Below, piece after piece: positions 8,420 through 14,654 of a DNA stretch of 33,018 nt (its first letter is position 1; each line of letters starts with the position of its first letter). Origin of the DNA: Methanobacteriota archaeon (lineage in GTDB: Archaea; JACRDV01). Position numbers and translations under genes: made by a program. Where the stretch lies: contig JACRDV010000066.1 in the NCBI GenBank assembly GCA_024860865.1, positions 1 through 33,018 on the forward strand, given 5' to 3'. The notes under the pieces were generated by a model, which worked only from the letters and a program-made list of their open reading frames with translations, did not search any database and was not told the DNA's origin.

Positions 8420-10108
8420 ATGGAATATCCTATTTTAATTGATCTCGGAATAATTCTGTCGGCAGCTATCATTGGAACACTTGCAATGGAAAAACTCAGA
8501 CTGCCCGGGACATTAGGTCAAATTATTGCTGGTTTAGCAATCGGTCCATTTGCATTTGGATTGGTCCATGATGTGACTACAATTGAGATTTTTGCTTCTC
8601 TCGGTGCAATTCTTTTACTTTTTACAATAGGTTTTGAGTTTGGATTTGAACGGTTAAAGGAGGTAGGCGCTTCAGCTTTGGTTATAGCATCATTTGAACA
8701 ATTTGCTTGTTTTATTATTGGATTTGAGCTAGGGTTATGGCTTGGTTTTTCTTTTGTTGAAGCTTTGTTTCTTGGAAGTTTTTTAACTATAAGCAGCACA
8801 GGTATAATCTCCAAGCTATTAATGGATTTAAGGTTAATTAAAGCTCAAGAAGCGCAAGTGATAATAGGAATCCTAGTTATTGAAGATCTGTTCACTGTAT
8901 TTATCCTAGCCTTTCTTTCTAGCGCTGCAACAGTGAGTAAACCTCTACTTGTTTCTAGCTTAACTCCAGTTGCTATTAAAGCGACTTTCTTCTTTGTTTT
9001 TGCGGTATTGTTTGGAGTGAAAGTAGTACCAAAATTATTGGAATTCATCACTAAACATTCAAAATCTCCTGAACTACAGCTATTTTCAATTTTAGCACTA
9101 GGGTTTGTAACTGCATATCTTGGAATATCCTTTGGATTTTCCCCTTTGGTAGGCGCGTTTATTGCAGGATTAATTGCTTCTGAGATTCCATTGGCAAGGG
9201 GTACACTAGACAAAATTCATCCACTAAGAGACGTGCTCGCTGCTTTTTTCTTTGTTTCGATTGGGATGATGATTAATTTAGCTTCCTTGGCTAATGTAGC
9301 ATGGATTGGATTTATAATTGGTATAGCCGGAATATTGAGTAAACTAGTGAGCGGGACCTTGGGCAGTTTCATTAGCGGGTTCCCACTGGGATCGGCTGTG
9401 TTTGTTGGAGTAGGATTAATCCCAAGGGGAGAATTTTCTATAATTTTTGCTAAACTAGGGAATGACATAGGGATACTCGGCCAAGAATTTTATTCAATAG
9501 CTACATCTTTAGTTTTAGTTACTGCATTAGCCGGACCACTTCTATTAAAACAACGTAGAAATATTCACTATATGATTTCAACTGGTTTTCTTTCAACATT
9601 TGTAGAGGGATTTCTAAAACCACTCCGCGGATTTGAGATAGCGCGTTTTCTAATGTTAGACAGAATGGCCTCGGTAATTAGAAAGGCTGCCTTGAGGGTA
9701 ATTTTTGATATTTTGTTCTTGCTTTGTTTTCCATTGTTGGCCTACATAGGTATAGATTTACTAAGCCACTTTGAGCTCTCAAAAACTATGTTAATGGTAT
9801 CTAAGATAACAATCATTTTAATTGCCATGGCTTTTTGTCTTTTGCCTGTGCTACATTTGATGGAAGACATCAAAGAAACAGTTTCATTCACAAGTAGACA
9901 CTTTAGGATTTTCATAGGGGCTGGATATCGAAGAGTTATAATTGATGTAATTTTTGCATCTATATGCATAGGCTCTATAGTGTTTGCAACTCCTATTATT
10001 GCCTTCCTTGGAATGACTCGAAAAGTGATTTATTTGTTCGTGTTGCTAAATTTGACTTTATTAACATTAGTGCTCTGGGATGCTAGCAAAGCTATGAGAA
10101 AAAGATAA
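8420..10108 (+). CDS. CPA2-family cation:proton antiporter with an extra C-terminal polytopic membrane extension
   Basis: The first ~385 aa are paralogous to 6534-7661 (MEKLRLPGTLGQIIAGLAIGPFAFG; ISSTGIISKLLMDLRL; GLIPRGEFSIIFA). Residues ~385-562 add about four more hydrophobic helices with no motif I recognise. Confidence 0.8.
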   Translation: MEYPILIDLGIILSAAIIGTLAMEKLRLPGTLGQIIAGLAIGPFAFGLVHDVTTIEIFASLGAILLLFTIGFEFGFERLKEVGASALVIASFEQFACFIIGFELGLWLGFSFVEALFLGSFLTISSTGIISKLLMDLRLIKAQEAQVIIGILVIEDLFTVFILAFLSSAATVSKPLLVSSLTPVAIKATFFFVFAVLFGVKVVPKLLEFITKHSKSPELQLFSILALGFVTAYLGISFGFSPLVGAFIAGLIASEIPLARGTLDKIHPLRDVLAAFFFVSIGMMINLASLANVAWIGFIIGIAGILSKLVSGTLGSFISGFPLGSAVFVGVGLIPRGEFSIIFAKLGNDIGILGQEFYSIATSLVLVTALAGPLLLKQRRNIHYMISTGFLSTFVEGFLKPLRGFEIARFLMLDRMASVIRKAALRVIFDILFLLCFPLLAYIGIDLLSHFELSKTMLMVSKITIILIAMAFCLLPVLHLMEDIKETVSFTSRHFRIFIGAGYRRVIIDVIFASICIGSIVFATPIIAFLGMTRKVIYLFVLLNLTLLTLVLWDASKAMRKR

Positions 10109-10110
10109 TC

Positions 10111-11139
10111 TCAAGTTTCTTTTTTCATTATTAATGTTCTAACTGGGAATGGTATTTCAATTCCTTCTTTTTTGAATCTCTCATTAATTTGAGAATTGAT
10201 ATGATCAATTACAATCATTTTCTTCCTTAAATTTTCTATCCAAAATATTAATTCTAAGTTAAGCGAAAAATCACCAAAGCTTTTGAACAAAACTAAAGGT
10301 TGAGCATCCTTTAAAGCATATGGGGCATTAACAGCTATTTCAGTCAGAATTTTTTTAACTTTATTTAAATCAGTTCCATAAGCAACTCCAATTGGAACAA
10401 CTACTCTTATGCTTTCACTAGGTTGTGAGAGGTTAAGTACTCTGGTCTTAGTGATTTCAGAGTTGGGAACAATTAAAATAGCGTTATCGGGAGTTTTAAT
10501 TTTAGTAGTTCTTAAACCAATATCAACAACATCGCCAACTTCCCCACTTGCAAGTTGAATGTTATCTCCTATTTTAAATGGCTTACCGACTGAAATGTAA
10601 ACGCCAGCAAAAAAGTTGGCCAAAGTGTCTTGGAGAGCTAAAGCAATAGCTAAACCTGCGATACCTAAGCTTGCCACTAGCGGGCTGATTTCGTACCCCA
10701 ATGCCTTAATGATAATAATTGCACCAATTATCCAAATGAATACCTTGGCAATTCTTTGTAGAAGCCTTACAAGCTCTTCATCGAGTCGTGCTTCAATGCG
10801 AGCAGCAATCTGAGCTAGATAATTTCTAATAACTACATCAGAAATCCTAATAACTATCCAGATTCCTAGCAAAATTTCAGCAATTGAAAAAATCTTGTGA
10901 ACATAATCTGGATAAAAAGTTGGGAAAGTAGTTTTTACTGCAAAATAAGTCCCAAACAAAATAATTGCATAATAAAGAGGCCATTTGATTGTTTTAAGGA
11001 TTAACTCGTCAAGTTCTGTTTTTGTTCGAGCGGCAAGCTTAATAACAAAATTTTCAATAATAAATACTACTAACTTAGCAAACAAAATTGCCCCAATTAC
11101 TACAGCCAGAGCATATGCTAGTGACCAAATATCAACCAA
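10111..11139 (-). CDS. MscS-family small-conductance mechanosensitive channel
   Basis: N-terminal TM helices are followed by the pore helix and beta-domain signature LALQDTLANFFAGVYISVGKPFKIGDNIQL...GDVVDIGLRTTKIKTPDNAILIVPNSEI. Confidence 0.85.
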   Translation of the reverse strand: MVDIWSLAYALAVVIGAILFAKLVVFIIENFVIKLAARTKTELDELILKTIKWPLYYAIILFGTYFAVKTTFPTFYPDYVHKIFSIAEILLGIWIVIRISDVVIRNYLAQIAARIEARLDEELVRLLQRIAKVFIWIIGAIIIIKALGYEISPLVASLGIAGLAIALALQDTLANFFAGVYISVGKPFKIGDNIQLASGEVGDVVDIGLRTTKIKTPDNAILIVPNSEITKTRVLNLSQPSESIRVVVPIGVAYGTDLNKVKKILTEIAVNAPYALKDAQPLVLFKSFGDFSLNLELIFWIENLRKKMIVIDHINSQINERFKKEGIEIPFPVRTLIMKKET

Positions 11140-11401
11140 TCAAATCACCAAAGAAGAGTTAAACAAATAGTGAAATTTTCATTATTGAACAATCTTTTTT
11201 AAAAAGCTTTTCTTTATTAACTTTTAGTTTTAGTTTTAATTTTAATTCAAAAGCTTTTAATCATAAGATAATGAAATTTAGGCTCAAAGTCCATGGCCTC
11301 CTGTTGCGGAGAATTCAGCATCCTAGTCTGCCCCTGCGAGCAGGAACACGAGATCATGAAACTATCCTAAAAAATTTTAAAAAATCTAAAAGGATGAGTG
11401 A

Positions 11402-11830
11402 ATGCCTTATCCTAAGTATAAAAAGGCAGAATGTGGCCATTGGTCAACTGAAGAATATCTTCAAACACATAAATTATGTGCTAAGTGTGAAAATCTAAAA
11501 AGATATGGATCTGAGAATAGATGCCTTACTGATGAAGAAAAAGAGAGGAGAAGAAAAATTCGTCTGCTCAAGAGATTAAAATGTGAAAAGTGTGGGGAAA
11601 GCCTCTTAGCTGATTTGAGGTCAATTTTTTCAAATACTGCTGAACGTTATGTGGATGGAGAAATATCTTTTGAAGAAGCTGAGAGAGTATTGAAATCCGT
11701 CCACTTTCGGCATAATCATACTGATCATGACATTAGAGAGTTGAAATTATTTGAAAAATATAGAAGTATAGGATATGATTGGGAGAGTGCGTGGAAGAAA
11801 GCTCATAATGAAATACATGAAAACAATTAA
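11402..11830 (+). CDS. Hypothetical Cys/His-rich protein, 142 aa (possible zinc-ribbon)
   Basis: The ORF has a GGATGAGTGA purine-rich stretch just upstream of ATG 11402. Metal-ligand-like spacing is present: C11-x-H13...C26-x2-C29 and C61-x2-C64. The C-terminus is His-rich (HFRHNHTDHD). I recognise no family. Confidence 0.45.
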   Translation: MPYPKYKKAECGHWSTEEYLQTHKLCAKCENLKRYGSENRCLTDEEKERRRKIRLLKRLKCEKCGESLLADLRSIFSNTAERYVDGEISFEEAERVLKSVHFRHNHTDHDIRELKLFEKYRSIGYDWESAWKKAHNEIHENN

Positions 11831-12068
11831 GTTTTCTACGAACCTCTTTTTAAATGGCTTAGGCGCAAGTAGGTTTTAAATTTATTTCCTTTGTTCTGTC
11901 TCCAAATTCCGTTATCATTGTAGTTACATAACCTACTTGAACGAACGTCAAGAACCATTCCTCTTTTGAACAAGTCCTTTTTGTTTACTCCCGATATCTG
12001 ACTAAAATTTTAATTTTTATATGCTTTGTTGGGTTATAATCTTAAATTACTCAAAATAATTAATTTTC

Positions 12069-12398
12069 ATGTCTTATTGTTCTATCGAATATAGAAAGAA
12101 AGTTGGCAAAGAAATAGAATCCGGAGTTTCTACGCCGGCGCTCGGCAAATGCGGAATACTGTGTGAGATTTGTAATCTCAAAGAAATGGGCGAGTGCCAA
12201 GGATGCTCTATCGAAGTTCCTAAAGTTGACCCCTCCAAACAATGTCGGGTCTATCGATGTGTTCAAGCTAGCCAATTCGAATTTTGTTTTCAATGCGGGA
12301 ACTTCCCTTGTGATATTTATAAAGAAACTATTATGGACTGCCCACTTCGTTGGATGGTATTGCGCAAATTTGCAGAAAATTCGAAGAATCAAACTTAA
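12069..12398 (+). CDS. DUF3795-like cysteine-rich protein, 109 aa
   Basis: The Cys pattern CGILCEICNLKEMGECQGCS...CRVYRCVQASQFEFCFQCGNFPCDIY matches my recollection of DUF3795 (CG..C..C...C.GC...C...C....C..C..FPC). The longer antisense ORF 12060-12479 lacks any such pattern. Confidence 0.6.
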   Translation: MSYCSIEYRKKVGKEIESGVSTPALGKCGILCEICNLKEMGECQGCSIEVPKVDPSKQCRVYRCVQASQFEFCFQCGNFPCDIYKETIMDCPLRWMVLRKFAENSKNQT

Positions 12399-12546
12399 AA
12401 TAATTGAAAGCACGTTTATGGTTCGCTTATTCATAAAGTAATACAAAATTTCTCCTGGCAGCCGATGCAATGTTATCATAATATAATCATTTTAAGTTAG
12501 ATAGTTAGATTATAACATGAAATGCAATACCGTTGGAAGTGCTTGA

Positions 12547-12813
12547 TTGAAAAAGCCTATCATAATTCAATGGAATGAGGATTCCATTAAACACATCGCA
12601 AGGCATAAGGTAACAGATAAAGAAGTAAATACAGCTTTGAACAGTAAAATTCTAATGAGAAAAATACCAGAAGGTTTACTAGAGATATTAGGAGAAGTAG
12701 AAGGTAGAATTTTATTCATTATTCTTAAGCGGGTTAGAGATAGATATAAAGTGATAACTGCAAGGGATGCAAACAGAAGTGAAAAAAGATTATATAAGAA
12801 AAAGAGAAAGTGA
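12547..12813 (+). CDS. BrnT-like (DUF497) toxin
   Basis: The protein reads IQWNEDSIKHIARHKVTDKEVNTAL...GLLEILGEVEGRILFIILKRVRDRYKVITARDANRSEKRLYKK. This follows the BrnT pattern (W-D..K...KHgV...E...G....GR.l.vv....g..irvITAR.A...E...Y). The start is TTG, with a GGAAGTG motif 6 nt upstream. Confidence 0.7.
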   Translation: MKKPIIIQWNEDSIKHIARHKVTDKEVNTALNSKILMRKIPEGLLEILGEVEGRILFIILKRVRDRYKVITARDANRSEKRLYKKKRK

Positions 12814-13037
12814 TTATTATGAAAAAAGTTAAAATTGAGTCTATGGAAGATGTAGAAGCTTTGCCAGAAGGGGAGTGGGTAGAGGTTCCTGAAGGATTGC
12901 ATGCTAAATTTTATTACAAAGTAAATAAGGAAGCCAATAAGCTCACTATCACTCTTCCGAGAAATATGGCCAAAAGATTAACTGGCAAGCTGCTTGCAAC
13001 CTTTAAGGGTAAGAAAATCATAATAGAACAAATATAA
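12810..13037 (+). CDS. Putative cognate antitoxin of the BrnT-like toxin (not recognisably BrnA)
   Basis: It overlaps the toxin stop (GTGA, GTG 12810). An alternative ATG at 12819 follows a GAAAGTGA motif. The protein is small and acidic at the N-terminus. The KLTITLPRNMAKRL segment could be a ribbon-helix-helix beta-strand. Confidence 0.5.
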   Translation: MIIMKKVKIESMEDVEALPEGEWVEVPEGLHAKFYYKVNKEANKLTITLPRNMAKRLTGKLLATFKGKKIIIEQI

Positions 13038-13066
13038 ACCAAATTTTATAGAGATTGATACTTAAT

Positions 13067-13186
13067 TGGCGCCGGGGACAGGACTTGAACCTGCGGCCAC
13101 TCGGTGACTGCTCAGCGGATTAACAGCTTCGCCTTTAGAGGATTAATCCGCTAAATCGAGCGCTCTACCTGCTGAGCTACCCCGGC
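13067..13186 (-). tRNA. tRNA gene with a ~44-46 nt intron and encoded CCA; isotype uncertain (best guess Asp-GUC)
   Basis: The reverse complement reads GCCGGGG-TA-GCTC-AGCAGGTA-GAGC-G-CTCGA...CCGAG-TGGCC-GCAGG-TTCAAGT-CCTGT-CCCCGGC-G-CCA. The acceptor stem is a perfect 7 bp, and the D arm and T arm (TTCAAGT loop) are canonical. The insert contains a 13-bp helix, TTTAGCGGATTAA/TTAATCCGCTGAG. Confidence 0.85.
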
Positions 13187-13254
13187 AAATTGGGGAAATC
13201 TTAATTACCGTCCTATTATTTATGTTATTACTCTTTTAAATTTGAGGTTTATTA

Positions 13255-13554
13255 ATGGAGAAGCCAAAGATAATAGTTCAATCTCCTCAAGTTGGAGTGA
13301 AAAAGCAGAAAGGTGGTTTTCTACGAAGGGGCCGCGGGTTTAGTTTGGGAGAAATAAAAGAAGTAAATTCGAACATAGGCCTCATGCGAAAGTTAGGTTT
13401 ACCAGTAGATACCCGCAGAAAAAGCATTCGATCAGAAAATGTTGAGCAATTAAAGGCTTGGTTTGAAAAAGTTAAGCCTGAACTGGAGAAAAAGAAAGCT
13501 GAAGCCAAAGCAAAAGAGAAAGAAAAGAAAACAAAAGAAGAAACGAAAGCCTAG
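13255..13554 (+). CDS. rpl13e: Ribosomal protein eL13 (L13e)
   Basis: The RRGRGFSLGEIKEV...GLPVDTRRKS core matches the L13e signature (R.GRGFSL.EL...gi.vD.RR). The C-terminal tail is Lys/Glu-rich. Confidence 0.75.
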   Translation: MEKPKIIVQSPQVGVKKQKGGFLRRGRGFSLGEIKEVNSNIGLMRKLGLPVDTRRKSIRSENVEQLKAWFEKVKPELEKKKAEAKAKEKEKKTKEETKA

Positions 13555-14654
13555 GCAGGTTTAGGTTTAAAGTTAGGCTCATGCTCACGAATTTTATCGG
13601 GTAAATATTTCTCGACAACATAGCTTAAGCCGTGACGTGCCAATCCTTGCTGTTCGCTTTTGGCGCCCATTTTCTCCCAAAGTTCAAGTTGTTTTTGCCA
13701 AAACTTACCTTGATATCGAGGATCTTTTTTGAGCTCTTCAATTCTTTTGAAATCTTGGTCGTTAAATTTGTCAGTAGGAAGTTTATATTTGGTTATGTCC
13801 TCAGGGGTAACTCCAATCCAGATAGCATTAGGAGTGGCAAGTTCTTTGTTAACATGAGCAGCTTTCGCTGAACCAGAAATAACGACCATGGCTATAAATG
13901 AACCCCACGGATCTCCATCCGTAAAAACATATACTGGTAATTTTAGTTCCCCATGCAACCTTCTAATCATCCTTCTTGTTGCGCGGCTTGCTTGACCCTT
14001 CAGTCCGACAATCAATGCATCAAATCTTTTGTAGGCTCGCTCTTGAACAAGTCTGTGGTAGTAACCTAAAGTTTCAACAGCAATTAATCGTTTAGCCCCA
14101 CACCTCACAAACTCTATATCATCAACTATTGGGGGGATTGTGTAACCCCCCATCCCCGCTTTCTCAGCATGAATCTCATTACCATCAGGCTCACGAACAA
14201 GCACATCTCCAAAAACTCCGGCCCCTGACTCTTCCGGATAAATTCCGAAGTCCTCACGTTTACAGCCCAACATTACTTCGAGGTCTTCCGCAACCATATC
14301 GCTTTCTTGCTGATCGACAAATTTCCCACAAGGCCAACCTTCTCCATAATAGTACATTTCCCTGAGAGTTGCAAATTGACTTTTCTCAGCTAGCTCTTTT
14401 CCAAAAGTTGCAACACACATGGTCTGAGCAATCTTCTTTACATGAGCTATGTTGCCAGCTGACCTAAGTTTGTATTTATCTCCTAAAACATAACACCTTG
14501 CAACCGGATCATAAACAATATTCGAAGTTATTCTACTAGGCACTTGCAATTTCGGGGGTTCTCCTTTTCTAAGGTAATCAATTATATTTGTACCAAGCAA
14601 TTTCAATTCATTCAACATCTTTGTTTTCTTGTCCATGTGTCTCCATCTCCTCAT
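13551..14654 (-). CDS. top6A: DNA topoisomerase VI subunit A (Spo11 homologue)
   Basis: There is a 5Y-CAP region with REMYYYGEGW. Toprim motifs are LIAVETLGYYHRL (catalytic Glu) and YVFTDGDPWG (DxD). The start may be one of the internal Met codons (14636 or 14618). The gene overlaps the top6B 3' end. Confidence 0.9.
   Translation of the reverse strand: MRRWRHMDKKTKMLNELKLLGTNIIDYLRKGEPPKLQVPSRITSNIVYDPVARCYVLGDKYKLRSAGNIAHVKKIAQTMCVATFGKELAEKSQFATLREMYYYGEGWPCGKFVDQQESDMVAEDLEVMLGCKREDFGIYPEESGAGVFGDVLVREPDGNEIHAEKAGMGGYTIPPIVDDIEFVRCGAKRLIAVETLGYYHRLVQERAYKRFDALIVGLKGQASRATRRMIRRLHGELKLPVYVFTDGDPWGSFIAMVVISGSAKAAHVNKELATPNAIWIGVTPEDITKYKLPTDKFNDQDFKRIEELKKDPRYQGKFWQKQLELWEKMGAKSEQQGLARHGLSYVVEKYLPDKIREHEPNFKPKPA

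Noticed and set aside
11271-11498. 75-aa ORF spanning the GC-rich island and overlapping the start of the Cys-rich orphan
   Set aside because: It has no Shine-Dalgarno motif. Its composition is odd and Arg/Leu-rich, driven by the GC island. It overlaps a better-supported ORF in another frame. I treated it as a possible RNA or leader instead.
12060-12479. 139-aa ORF antisense to the DUF3795-like gene, and the 92-aa ORF at 12163-12441
   Set aside because: The plus-strand frame at 12069 carries a regular family-like cysteine pattern. The alternatives have no motifs and a low-complexity, Phe/Ile-rich composition.
13132-13142. CCUCUAAAGG hairpin inside the tRNA insert, readable as a perfect anticodon loop C-CUCUAAA-G with anticodon CUA (amber suppressor) under a two-intron model
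   Set aside because: It would need two introns (15 nt + 29 nt), and I could build no bulge-helix-bulge at either junction. The hairpin sits at the tip of the 13-bp intron helix, so it is most simply the intron apical loop.
13551-13554. Convergent eL13 and top6A genes share their stop codons in the palindrome CTAG
   Set aside because: The overlap is real, but it is a trivial consequence of tight gene packing and implies no function.
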